A DNA stretch of 64,000 nt, from the NCBI GenBank assembly GCA_943331445.1, contig CALQLO010000003.1, forward strand, positions 66,173-130,172, written 5' to 3'. This stretch comes from Akkermansia muciniphila. Lineage in GTDB: Bacteria > Verrucomicrobiota > Verrucomicrobiia > Opitutales > UBA953. The translations under genes were made by a program, and so were the position numbers. The notes under the pieces were generated by a model. That model was given only the letters and a program-made list of their open reading frames with translations, did not search any database and was not told where the DNA came from. Numbering within the stretch: the stretch's first letter is position 1; the number at the start of each line of letters is the position of its first letter. Below are positions 1 through 8,582 of the stretch, piece after piece.

Positions 1-142
1 CGTTATCACGGAGGGACTCGAGGTGTGTTTTGCGGGCCACATCGAGATTGGAGAGGGCGGAGGCTTCGCCGCTCCAGGAGACCACGGCAATACCGCCAAA
101 GGCGGCGGCAATCAGGATGAGAATGTATTCACGAGGCTTCAT
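1..142 (-). CDS. 5' end of a gene running off the left edge; hypothetical protein with a hydrophobic N-terminus (membrane or secreted)
   Basis: The minus-strand ATG at 140-142 reads MKPREYILILIAAAFGGIAVVSWSGEASALSNLD... and stays open to position 1. It is missing from the ORF track because it is truncated. Confidence 0.35.
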   Translation of the reverse strand, partial: MKPREYILILIAAAFGGIAVVSWSGEASALSNLDVARKTHLESLRDN

Positions 143-202
143 AGGATTTGATTACGGTATTTATTGCCCGAAACCGCCAAGGGGTCAAGTGCCTACCCCT
201 GC

Positions 203-1486
203 TTAGGAAAGGCGATTTTTGTAATCCGCGTAGCCGAACTTACGTATTACCTGAATCTGGCCGACCGCCGGGTCGAAGCTCGCGATCGCTGGCAAAGGGA
301 CGCCATTGAAAGTCGTGTTCTTGACGAAGGTGTAATGAGACATGTCCAAAAATACGATTCTTTGGCCGATTTTAAGCGGGGCTGGGAAGGAGTAGTCGCC
401 GATGACATCGCCCGCCAGGCAGGTGACGCTGCCGAGTCGATAGGTGTGCGGGAGTTGGCCTGGCAGGTCGGCGTCGATGATGTCGGCTCGGTAGGGCATC
501 TCTAGCGTGTCCGGCATGTGGTTGGTCGCCGAGATGTCGATGATGGCGATATCCAGCCCGTTATGGACAAGGTCTAGCACTGTGCCGACAAGCACGCCGG
601 TGCCGATGCCGATGGCTTCTCCGGGTTCGAGGTAAATTTGGAGGTGCTCGCCCCAGCGTTGACGGAAGCCGGTGATAACTCGGACGAGGCGATCGAGGTC
701 GTAGCCTTCGCGGGTGATATGATGCCCGCCGCCAAAATTAACCCACTTCATTCGTGGGATGAATTCGCCGAACTTAGCCTCAAAGGCTGCAACCGTGCGT
801 TCGAGCACATCGGAGCCTTGCTGGCACATCGTGTGGAAGTGGAGCCCTTCGAGGCCCTCGAGGTCGGCCACCGATTTGATTTCAGAGCGGAGGGTGCCGA
901 GTCGTGAGCCGGAGGCGCAGGGATTGTAGAGCTCGACGTCGACCTCGGCGTGCTCGGGATTGACGCGCAACCCGAAGGAGACTTTGCGACCCGAGGCGAG
1001 GGCCGCGGCCTTGTGGCGCTTCCATTGCGAAGGGGAGTTAAAGGAGATGTGGTCGGCGACGCGGAGGAGGTGGGCAAACTCTTCGTCCTTGAACGCGGGA
1101 GAGTAAGCGTGGACTTCGCCGCCAAATTCTTCGCGGCCCAGCAGGGCTTCGTGAATGCCGCTGGCCGTGGTGCCTGCGAGGTATTTGCGGACGAGCTTGG
1201 CTTCGCTGAACTGCGCAAAGCCTTTGAGCGCGAGGAGAATCTTGGCGCCCGAGCGGTCCATCACGGAGCGCAGGATGCGGAGGTTATTCTCGAGTAGGCC
1301 GCGGTGCAGCACGTGGCACGGGCTGGGGACCTGGCTCAGATCGACCTTGCGGAAGGCTTCGGTGAGGGCGTCGGACACGGGCTTGAAAGTGTGAGCGGAT
1401 GCGAACGGGGCAAACGAAAAGCCCGCCGGTTGGGCGGGCTTGAGTGGACGTCTCTTTAGGCGACCGGGAGTTCCTTGACGTGCCAA
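203..1486 (-). CDS. nspC: Carboxynorspermidine decarboxylase (PLP-dependent)
   Basis: 427-aa ORF with blocks LHFHTMCQQ, WVNFGGGHH, YLEPGEA and MSHYTFVKNTTFNG, typical of NspC/CANSDC. It lies directly downstream of the carboxynorspermidine synthase gene. The 1486 start is a TTG that overlaps the upstream gene; a GTG at 1378 (VSDALTEAF...) is a plausible true start. Confidence 0.85.
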   Translation of the reverse strand: MARQGTPGRLKRRPLKPAQPAGFSFAPFASAHTFKPVSDALTEAFRKVDLSQVPSPCHVLHRGLLENNLRILRSVMDRSGAKILLALKGFAQFSEAKLVRKYLAGTTASGIHEALLGREEFGGEVHAYSPAFKDEEFAHLLRVADHISFNSPSQWKRHKAAALASGRKVSFGLRVNPEHAEVDVELYNPCASGSRLGTLRSEIKSVADLEGLEGLHFHTMCQQGSDVLERTVAAFEAKFGEFIPRMKWVNFGGGHHITREGYDLDRLVRVITGFRQRWGEHLQIYLEPGEAIGIGTGVLVGTVLDLVHNGLDIAIIDISATNHMPDTLEMPYRADIIDADLPGQLPHTYRLGSVTCLAGDVIGDYSFPAPLKIGQRIVFLDMSHYTFVKNTTFNGVPLPAIASFDPAVGQIQVIRKFGYADYKNRLS

Positions 1487-2655
1487 GGCAGGCCACGCTT
1501 GTTGAGTTCGTCCATGAAGGGGTCAGGGTTGAGCTCCTCCATGTTCCAGACTCCTGGTTTCAGCCACTGGCCACTGGCGACCAGCGCGCCGCCGATGGCG
1601 GCAGGGACGCCTGTCGTGTAGCTGATGGCCTGAGACTTCACTTCGGCGAAGCACTCTTGGTGGTCGCAGACATTGTAGATGAAAACCTTGCGGGGTTTGC
1701 CGTCCTTGAGGCCGGTAATTTCACAGCCGATACAGGTCTTGCCCTTGGTACGCGGGCCGAGCGAGGCGGGGTCGGGCAGGAGCGCCTTGAGGAACTGAAT
1801 CGGGACGATTTGATGGCCCTGGAAGTCGATGGGGTCGATGCGAGTCATGCCGACATTCTCAAGTACGCGCAGGTGGGTGAGGTAGTTCTCGGAGAAGGTC
1901 ATGAAGAAACGGATGCGCTTCAGGCCCTTAATGTTAATCGCCAAGGACTCGAGCTCCTCGTGGTAGAGCAGGTAGCTGTCCTTGGGGCCGACAACGGGGT
2001 AGTCGTACACCCACTTGACGGAGAGCGGGTCGGTTTCCTTCCACTCACCCTTCTCCCAGTAGCGGCCACGTTGGGTGATTTCGCGGATATTGATCTCGGG
2101 GTTGAAGTTGGTGGCAAACTTGTAGCCATGGTCGCCGGCGTTGGCGTCCATGATGTCGATCGTCTCGATGGTATCGAACAGGTGCTTCTGGGCGTAGGCG
2201 CAGAAGACGTTGGTCACGCCCGGGTCGAAGCCGGAACCAAGGAGGGCCATGAGGCCGGCCTTCTCGAAGCGTTCGCGGTACGCCCACTGCCAGGAGTATT
2301 CGAACTTCGCGAGGTGGGGTGGTTCGTAGTTGGCGGTGTCGACGTAGTGGATGCCGGCGTGGAGGCAGGCGTCCATCAAGTGAAGGTCCTGGTAGGGTAG
2401 CGCGACGTTGATGAGCAGGTCGGCACCGAAGGACTTGATGAGGGCGACGGTGGCCTTGACGTCATCCGCATCGACGGCGGCCGTGCGGATGGTGCGGCCG
2501 GTCGTGGCCTTAACGTCGGCGGCGATGGCCTTGCACTTATTCTCGTTTCGGGAGGCGAGCATGATTTCCGAGAAGAACTCGGTCGCCATGGCGCACTTAT
2601 GGGTGACGACGTTGCCCACGCCGCCCGCACCGATGATTAGGACTTTTTTGCTCAT
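1456..2655 (-). CDS. Carboxynorspermidine synthase / saccharopine dehydrogenase-family NADP oxidoreductase
   Basis: Starts MSKKVLIIGAGGVGNVVTHKCA (Rossmann GxGxxG). About 400 aa, the usual size for this family, and paired with nspC. The ATG at 2655 was chosen over the longer track start at 2709. Confidence 0.85.
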   Translation of the reverse strand: MSKKVLIIGAGGVGNVVTHKCAMATEFFSEIMLASRNENKCKAIAADVKATTGRTIRTAAVDADDVKATVALIKSFGADLLINVALPYQDLHLMDACLHAGIHYVDTANYEPPHLAKFEYSWQWAYRERFEKAGLMALLGSGFDPGVTNVFCAYAQKHLFDTIETIDIMDANAGDHGYKFATNFNPEINIREITQRGRYWEKGEWKETDPLSVKWVYDYPVVGPKDSYLLYHEELESLAINIKGLKRIRFFMTFSENYLTHLRVLENVGMTRIDPIDFQGHQIVPIQFLKALLPDPASLGPRTKGKTCIGCEITGLKDGKPRKVFIYNVCDHQECFAEVKSQAISYTTGVPAAIGGALVASGQWLKPGVWNMEELNPDPFMDELNKRGLPWHVKELPVA

Positions 2656-2799
2656 GAGATGACTGATTTCTGTCCACTCAGTGGAGAGGGGGAAGCAAAA
2701 AGGATACACAGTCGGGCAAGGGATGGGCGTCGGTCGGGTGACGCCATCCAGCCAGCCCTTTCCAAACCGGCGAACCGGTCAGAAAGTAACCCTTTTGGC

Positions 2800-2876
2800 T
2801 GGCGGGATGGACGAGACTCGAACTCGCGACCTCCGCAGTGACAGTGCGGCGCTCTAACCAACTGAGCTACCACCCC
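2800..2876 (-). tRNA. tRNA-Asp (anticodon GTC)
   Basis: The reverse complement reads GGGGTGGTAGCTCAGTTGGTTAGAGCGCCGCACTGTCACTGCGGAGGTCGCGAGTTCGAGTCTCGTCCATCCCGCCA. It folds as a cloverleaf with anticodon loop CTGTCAC, discriminator G73 and an encoded CCA. Confidence 0.9.
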
Positions 2877-2942
2877 GGTAGCCAAAAGGAAGGGTAACAA
2901 AGGTTTCCGGCAGGGGGTCTGTCAAACGGAAAACCGACCGAA

Positions 2943-4202
2943 TTAGCCTCGAACCTGACCTTGGCCAACGATTTCGAACTTCCAGGTGGTCAATTCACGA
3001 ATCCCCATAGGTCCGCGGGCGTGTAGGCGGTCCGTGGAGATGCCGACTTCGGCTCCGAAGCCGAACTCGCCCCCGTCCGTGAAACGGGTGCTGGCATTCC
3101 AATAGACGCAGGCACTGTCAATTTGGGCCAGGAAGGAGCGGGCTACGGCTTCGTCTGCCGTGATGATCGCGTCAGAGTGGTGGGAACCATAGCCTTCGAT
3201 GTGGGCGACGGCCTCATCGAGGCCGCTGACGATCTTCACATTGAGTATCAGGCCAAGGTGCTCAGTGCGGAAATCCTGTTCAGTCGCCACCTTAGCACCC
3301 GGCATGAGTGCACGGCTCTTTTCGCAGGCGCGGACTTCGGTTTTTTTCTCCGATAGCGCTGCGGCCATAGCGGGGAGGAATTGAGCGGCCACGGCTTGGT
3401 CGACGAGTAGCGTCTCAAGGGCATTGCAGGCGCTAGGGCGCTGGCACTTGGCGTTGAGTACGATGGCCTGGGCCATGGCGAGGTCAGCCTGCGCATGGAC
3501 GTAGACGTGACAGATGCCAGCGTCATGTTTAATGACGGGGACTTTGGCGGAGTTGACGACGGCCTCGATGAGGCCAGGTCCACCGCGCGGGACGATGATG
3601 TCCACGATGCCACGAAGGGAACCCAGTGCGGGCACAGCTTCGCGGTCCGTAAAGGGGAGGAGCGTGACGGCGGCGGCGGGGAGGCCGGCGGCGCGCAGGC
3701 CAGTCGCGAAGGATTTCGCGAGCGCGAGGTTCGTGTGGATGGCTTCGCTGCCGCCGCGGAGCACGCAACCGTTGCCGGACTTAAGGCAAAGGGCCGCCGC
3801 GTCGACGGTGACGTTGGGGCGCGATTCGAAGATGATTGCGACGAGGCCGATGGGCACTCGGCGTCGGATGATGCGGAGGCCATTGGGCCGGGTCCAGTCC
3901 TCGGTGATTTCGCCGACGGGGTCAGGGAGTTTGGCCACCGCTTCGCAGGCTACGGCGATATCCTCAAGGCGGGCATGGTCGAGGCGGAGGCGGTCGGTCA
4001 TCGCCTCGGTGAGCCCTTTGGCTTTGGCCACCGCGAGGTCTTTACCGTTAGCTTCAAGGATGAAGGCCTCATCGGTACGCAGGGCCTGGGCAGCCGCACG
4101 CAAAGCACGGTCGCGGGTTTCGGTCGACGCCAGAGCAAGCGCCCGCGAGGCCTTCTTGGCGGCTCGGGCGATATCCGTCACGCGCTGGAGCAGGTCGCTC
4201 AT
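2943..4202 (-). CDS. proA: Gamma-glutamyl phosphate reductase
   Basis: 419 aa of the aldehyde dehydrogenase-like ProA family, with catalytic Cys block QRPSACNALETLLV. Its start overlaps the proB stop by 4 nt. Confidence 0.93.
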   Translation of the reverse strand: MSDLLQRVTDIARAAKKASRALALASTETRDRALRAAAQALRTDEAFILEANGKDLAVAKAKGLTEAMTDRLRLDHARLEDIAVACEAVAKLPDPVGEITEDWTRPNGLRIIRRRVPIGLVAIIFESRPNVTVDAAALCLKSGNGCVLRGGSEAIHTNLALAKSFATGLRAAGLPAAAVTLLPFTDREAVPALGSLRGIVDIIVPRGGPGLIEAVVNSAKVPVIKHDAGICHVYVHAQADLAMAQAIVLNAKCQRPSACNALETLLVDQAVAAQFLPAMAAALSEKKTEVRACEKSRALMPGAKVATEQDFRTEHLGLILNVKIVSGLDEAVAHIEGYGSHHSDAIITADEAVARSFLAQIDSACVYWNASTRFTDGGEFGFGAEVGISTDRLHARGPMGIRELTTWKFEIVGQGQVRG

Positions 4203-4969
4203 TTCTTCTGTAAGGAGAAGCGGGTGCCGAGCTTCTTGCCGGCCGCGATTTCGATGAGCACGTTCGGGTGGCGGCCGCTGGCGATGATGGTATCGACCCC
4301 GCCTTCGGCGGCGATCTCGGCCGCGAGCAGCTTCGTGACCATGCCTCCGACATTGCGTTCGGAACCGGCGCCGCCGGCGAGGGCGCGCACGGAATCATCA
4401 AGTTTGCGGACGGAGGGGATCAGGTCGCCCGTGCCGTCGGACTTCGTCATCAGGCCTTGGATGCCGGAAAGGATGATCAGCAGGTCGGCGCCGACGAGGG
4501 CGGCGACGTGCGCGGAGAGGCGATCGTTGTCGCCCACCTTAATTTCCTCATCGGCGATGGCATCGTTCTCGTTGATGATTGGGATGAAGCGCTTGCGAGC
4601 GAGGAGGAGGTCGAGTGTCGCCCGGGCGTTGCGGGTGCAGGCACGGCTATCGAGGTCCCAGTAGGTCAGGAGCATCTGGGAGCCGAGCAGCTTATGACGG
4701 CGGAGGTGCTTGCCGTACTCGGACATCAGTTCGGGTTGGCCGACCGTCGCGCAGGCTTGGAGTTCGCGGGCTTCTTTAGGGCGCTTGTCGAGGCCCATGG
4801 CAGTCATGCCGGCGGCGACGGCTCCCGAGGTGACGACGACGACCTGGATGCCGCGCTTATTGAGGGCGGCGACCTGATCGACGATGCGACCAATCTGGAC
4901 GCGATCGACCTTGCCGTCTTTGCGGGTGAGCAGACCGGAACCGAGTTTGATGACCCAACGTTTTGCCAT
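4199..4969 (-). CDS. proB: Glutamate 5-kinase (short form without PUA domain)
   Basis: MAKRWVIKLGSGLLT... with the amino-acid kinase fold and IINENDAIA block. It is coupled to proA by an ATGA overlap. Confidence 0.9.
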   Translation of the reverse strand: MAKRWVIKLGSGLLTRKDGKVDRVQIGRIVDQVAALNKRGIQVVVVTSGAVAAGMTAMGLDKRPKEARELQACATVGQPELMSEYGKHLRRHKLLGSQMLLTYWDLDSRACTRNARATLDLLLARKRFIPIINENDAIADEEIKVGDNDRLSAHVAALVGADLLIILSGIQGLMTKSDGTGDLIPSVRKLDDSVRALAGGAGSERNVGGMVTKLLAAEIAAEGGVDTIIASGRHPNVLIEIAAGKKLGTRFSLQKK

Positions 4970-5017
4970 GGCTTTAAGGTGCAGACCTTAGCCGATGGAA
5001 TTCGTCGATGTCCAGCG

Positions 5018-6064
5018 TCAGAGTGGCCCGCCCGCCGGGGAGGGAGGCGTCAAGCCGACGGCCAGCCAGCCCTTGGGGGCTAAAACGCGGCCCTGCGGGG
5101 TGCGCAGTACGTAACCTTCTTGGACGAGGAACGGCTCGTGGACTTCCTCGAGCGTGTGGGCGTCTTCGCCGATCGCGGCGCCGATGCTATTGAGACCGAC
5201 CGGGCCACCGTTATGTTTCTCGGCCATGGCACGGAGAAAGCGGTGGTCCATTTCATCGAGGCCGTGGCGATCGATTTCGAGGAGTTCGAGGGCGGCGGCG
5301 GTCACGGCGGCGTTGGCTTTTCCGCCCGCACGTTCGAGAGCGTAGTCGCGGGTGAAGCGTAGGAGATTGTTAACGATGCGCGGGGTGCCGCGGGCACGTC
5401 GCGCGATTTCATCAGAGCCGCCTTGGTCGATATCCAGCTGCAATAGCTCCGCATTACGGCGCACGATGCTCAGGAGTTGTTCGCGGGTGTAATAGTCGAG
5501 GCGAGTCTGCAGGGTAAAGCGACTGCGCAGTGGAGCGGTAAGTAGGCCAGTGCGGGTGGTCGCGCCGACGAGGGTGAACTTCGGGAGGTCAAGACGCACG
5601 GAGCGGGCGTTCGGTCCTTGGTCGATCATGATATCGATGCGGAAGTCCTCCATTGCGGAGTAGAGAAATTCTTCGACCGTCTTGGGGATGCGATGAATCT
5701 CGTCGATGAAGAGCAACTCGCCTTCTTGCAGGCTGGTGAGCAAGCCCGCGAGGTCCGATGCTTTTTCGACGACTGGTCCGGACGTGACGCGAATCGGGCG
5801 ACCCATCTCTTCGGCGAGGATCATCGCGAGGGTGGTCTTCCCTAGTCCGGGTGGGCCGTGCAGCAGGATGTGGTCGAGCGTACGGCCTTCGCGCCGAGCG
5901 GCGCCAATCATCACGCGCAGGCGTTCGACCGTGCGGGCTTGGCCGACGAAATCATCGAGCTTCGGCGGGCGCAGGGAGGCATCGAGCGAACGATTGGCCC
6001 GTGACAAGCCTTCCTTCCCGGCGGGAAGAGCGGGCTCATCGGGAGAATCCTTAGCACGGGCCAT
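5018..6064 (-). CDS. ruvB: Holliday junction branch-migration helicase RuvB
   Basis: Walker A GPPGLGKTT, Walker B FIDEIHR, and GATTRTGLLTAPLRSRF. The ATG at 6064 (MARAKDSP...) was chosen; the track start at 6235 adds an implausible 57-aa extension. Confidence 0.93.
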   Translation of the reverse strand: MARAKDSPDEPALPAGKEGLSRANRSLDASLRPPKLDDFVGQARTVERLRVMIGAARREGRTLDHILLHGPPGLGKTTLAMILAEEMGRPIRVTSGPVVEKASDLAGLLTSLQEGELLFIDEIHRIPKTVEEFLYSAMEDFRIDIMIDQGPNARSVRLDLPKFTLVGATTRTGLLTAPLRSRFTLQTRLDYYTREQLLSIVRRNAELLQLDIDQGGSDEIARRARGTPRIVNNLLRFTRDYALERAGGKANAAVTAAALELLEIDRHGLDEMDHRFLRAMAEKHNGGPVGLNSIGAAIGEDAHTLEEVHEPFLVQEGYVLRTPQGRVLAPKGWLAVGLTPPSPAGGPL

Positions 6065-6101
6065 AGGCGCAAGGTGCGGAGTCGCGGCGGATTGGCAACC
6101 C

Positions 6102-7394
6102 TCAGTCCTCGGCGAAGCCCTTGGGCAGTTCGGAGGCGGGGAGGCGTTCAATATCGGCACCGAGGCCACGCAGCCGTTCTTCGAAGCGTTCGTAGCCGCG
6201 ATCGAGATGGTAGAGCCGTTGGACCCAAGTTTCACCTTTGGCGATGAGGGCGGCGAGGATGAGGGCCGCGGAGGCGCGCAGGTCGGAGGCCATTACGGGC
6301 GCGCCGGAAAGAGGTCGATCGCCGTAGATGGCTGCGGTGGGACCGTCGATGGCGATTTCCGCCCCCATGCGTTGGAGCTCGGCCGCATGCATGAAGCGAG
6401 CGGGGTAGATTTTTTCCGTTACCGTGCTCCGGCCGTCGACCAAGAGTTGCAGGGCCATGAATTGGGCCTGCAGGTCGGTGGGGAAGCCGGGGTAGGGTTC
6501 GGTGATAATGGCGACGGCGTGCGTTGGCCGGCCGAAGGCGCGAATGAAGTCGGGTCCCGTTTCCACGCCGACACCTGCTTCGCGCAGCTTGTCGAGGAAT
6601 GCGGTGAGGTGCGCGGGGTTGCAGTGCGTGACGGTGACGTCGCCGCCAGTGATGGCGCCAGCGACTAGATACGTGCCTGCTTCAATGCGGTCAGCGATGA
6701 CCGTGTGGTCACAGCCGTGAAGGGTTGTGACGCCTTCGATTTCAATGATGTTGGTGCCCTGTCCGCGGATTTGTGCGCCCATCTTGATGAGCATCTCGCA
6801 AAGGTCGACGACCTCAGGTTCGCGGGCTGCGCACTCGATGCGGGTGATCCCCGGGGTGAGTGTCGCCGCCATCACGATGTTGGCTGTGCCTAAGACCGTG
6901 CTGCCCATCGGGCCGCCCATGAAGACCGTGTCGCCATGAGCTCGGCTGGCGTCGACTTGCACGAGGCCGGCTTCTACGTTCACGATGCAGCCCATCGCCT
7001 CGAGTCCCTTTAGGTGGAGATCGATGGGGCGCGGGCCGATGACGCAGCCGCCGGGAATGGCCATCTCCGCGTGACGGAGGCGGCCGATGAGTGAGCCGAG
7101 TAGGCAGACGGAGGCGCGCATCTTGCGTACCAGGTCGTAGGGCGTGCGGTGTGTAATTGTGGACGCACAAATAGTCCACACGCCGGGCTCGGGGTTGGTG
7201 ACGACGGCACCTTGGTGACCGAGGATCTCGGCCATGTAGCGGACGTCGCTGAGGTCGGGGACGTTACGCAACGTCACCGTCTCGCCCGTGAGGAGCGAAG
7301 CGGCGAGAAGCGGCAGGGAGGCGTTCTTGGAGCCTGCGGCCCGGAGGGAGCCGCGCAGCACGTGACCACCTCGGATGCGTGCGACCTGGAGCAT
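6102..7394 (-). CDS. murA: UDP-N-acetylglucosamine 1-carboxyvinyltransferase
   Basis: MLQVARIRGG...GSKNASLPLLAASLL, with an active-site loop IPGGCVIGPRPID that retains the Cys. ATG at 7394. Confidence 0.93.
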   Translation of the reverse strand: MLQVARIRGGHVLRGSLRAAGSKNASLPLLAASLLTGETVTLRNVPDLSDVRYMAEILGHQGAVVTNPEPGVWTICASTITHRTPYDLVRKMRASVCLLGSLIGRLRHAEMAIPGGCVIGPRPIDLHLKGLEAMGCIVNVEAGLVQVDASRAHGDTVFMGGPMGSTVLGTANIVMAATLTPGITRIECAAREPEVVDLCEMLIKMGAQIRGQGTNIIEIEGVTTLHGCDHTVIADRIEAGTYLVAGAITGGDVTVTHCNPAHLTAFLDKLREAGVGVETGPDFIRAFGRPTHAVAIITEPYPGFPTDLQAQFMALQLLVDGRSTVTEKIYPARFMHAAELQRMGAEIAIDGPTAAIYGDRPLSGAPVMASDLRASAALILAALIAKGETWVQRLYHLDRGYERFEERLRGLGADIERLPASELPKGFAED

Positions 7395-7436
7395 TGTGTA
7401 AAAGAGCGGGGGCGCCGTTTGGCGCCCCCGGTTCAA

Positions 7437-8387
7437 TCAGCCTTCGCGCGGACCGTTGCGAGGACCGCGGTCGCCACGGAAATCTCCGCGGCCACCACGT
7501 GAGCCACCACGATCGCCACCGCGAGATCCGTCGCGGGAACCGCCACGGAATTCGCCGCGTCCGCGTCCACCGCGCTGCCCACGGTCAGAGCGTTCGCCGT
7601 GATGTTCGCCGCGGGGCTGCTGGGCACGTTCGGAAGGAACAAAGACGGCCTTGGTGGGAATGCCAAAGAGCGTAGCGAACTTGCGCTTCAGCGAAGCCCA
7701 GAAGCCGATCGGCGCCTGGACGGGGATGACGACGGGCTCGATCTGGATGCGTGGGCGTTCTTCGCGGCGGGGGCGATCTTCGCGACGAGGACCGCGGTCG
7801 CCTTCAGGGCGGGGGCCACGATCACCTTCGGCGCGGGGCTCGCGACGAGGACCACGTTCGCCTTCGGCGCGCGGTTCACGACGAGGACGGTCGCCTTGCG
7901 GGATGCCGGGCTGACGGCCTTCTTCGGCGACGAAGCCTTCGGCACGAGGTTCGCGGGGTTCGCGACGCGGGCGGTCACCCTGCGGGATGCCCGGCTGGCG
8001 CGGTTCGCGTTGCTCACGAGGCTCACGCTGCTCGCGCGGTTGAGGCGCAGGCTGCTGGGCGAGGCTACCCGAGAGGTTCTCGGTAAGCTGCGACGGATCT
8101 TCGACGACGCCGCAGGTTGGGCGGGCAGTCTGACCATTGGCGGCCGGAGCGGCGCCACGGGGTGTACCGCGACGACCGAATTGCTTCGGCGTGGTGATGG
8201 TTCCGGGTTTCGCGGCGGGTTCACTGGAAGCACCGATCACTGACAGCGGGGGGAGTTCCGCGTGGGCGGACTCCAGCTTAGCTTCGGCAATACGGGGTGC
8301 GGGGGTGCGGACTTCATTGGCGCCTGCGTCCGCGGCGGGCTGTTGGGCGGAGACTGGCTCCTGGCCCTGGGTTTGTTCTTGGCTCAT
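7437..8387 (-). CDS. Arg/Pro/Glu/Gly-rich low-complexity protein with tandem repeats, a central amphipathic hydrophobic patch and a C-terminal RGG tail (hypothetical; putative RNA-binding or scaffold protein)
   Basis: This is the longest of several open frames across the repeat. It contains repeats RQPGIPQGDRPRREPR(EPR)AEG and PRREPRAEG(E/D)RGPR, the patch PIGFWASLKRKFATLFGIP, and the tail RGGRGRGEFRGGSRDGSRGGDRGGSRGGRGDFRGDRGPR. It is co-directional between rny and murA. Confidence 0.55.
   Translation of the reverse strand: MSQEQTQGQEPVSAQQPAADAGANEVRTPAPRIAEAKLESAHAELPPLSVIGASSEPAAKPGTITTPKQFGRRGTPRGAAPAANGQTARPTCGVVEDPSQLTENLSGSLAQQPAPQPREQREPREQREPRQPGIPQGDRPRREPREPRAEGFVAEEGRQPGIPQGDRPRREPRAEGERGPRREPRAEGDRGPRPEGDRGPRREDRPRREERPRIQIEPVVIPVQAPIGFWASLKRKFATLFGIPTKAVFVPSERAQQPRGEHHGERSDRGQRGGRGRGEFRGGSRDGSRGGDRGGSRGGRGDFRGDRGPRNGPREG
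7749..8039 (-). repeat. Imperfect in-frame tandem repeats inside the Arg-rich gene
   Basis: Near-duplicate DNA segments such as gtcgccttgcgggatgccgggctgacggcc and gtcaccctgcgggatgcccggctggcgcgg lie about 84 nt apart. They encode residues 117-213 (REQREPREQREPR ... RREDRPRREERPR). Confidence 0.6.
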
Positions 8388-8582
8388 GTTTCTTGTGTTG
8401 GGGCGGCCTTCGTTGTGGCCGACCGGATGATGCGGGCTGCTCCGTTGTGGGGCGGCGTCGCGGTTTGTCGGACCCTTGGTGACGGAGGACGAACCTCCTT
8501 GGGGTGCCGAAAGGCGCCGGGAGTGACTCCCGGAAAGAATGTGAATAAATAGACCCCCCTAGGTTAACAACAAGAAACTCCC

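Noticed and set aside
5018-6235. N-terminal extensions in the ORF track for ruvB, murA, rny, rplM, argF, serS, ftsH, nadE, thrB, thrC, the CANSDH gene, the DUF4337-like gene, the ApbE-like gene, exbB and the porin.
   Set aside because: The track reports the longest ORF, including TTG and GTG starts. In each case an internal ATG gives the conserved family N-terminus and removes overlap with the neighbouring gene, so I used the shorter coordinates.
7749-8039. Tandem DNA repeats that might at first suggest a CRISPR-like or satellite array.
   Set aside because: The repeats are imperfect, contiguous with no unique spacers, and in frame within a coding region. No cas genes are present.
7688-8243. 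Alternative open frames over the Arg-rich repeat: 7688..8233(-), 7599..8243(+) and 7751..8086(+).
   Set aside because: Repetitive GC-rich DNA keeps several frames open. The 316-aa frame is the longest, runs from a clean ATG to just before murA, and carries coherent features (repeats, amphipathic patch, RGG tail). Frame choice still needs experimental support.
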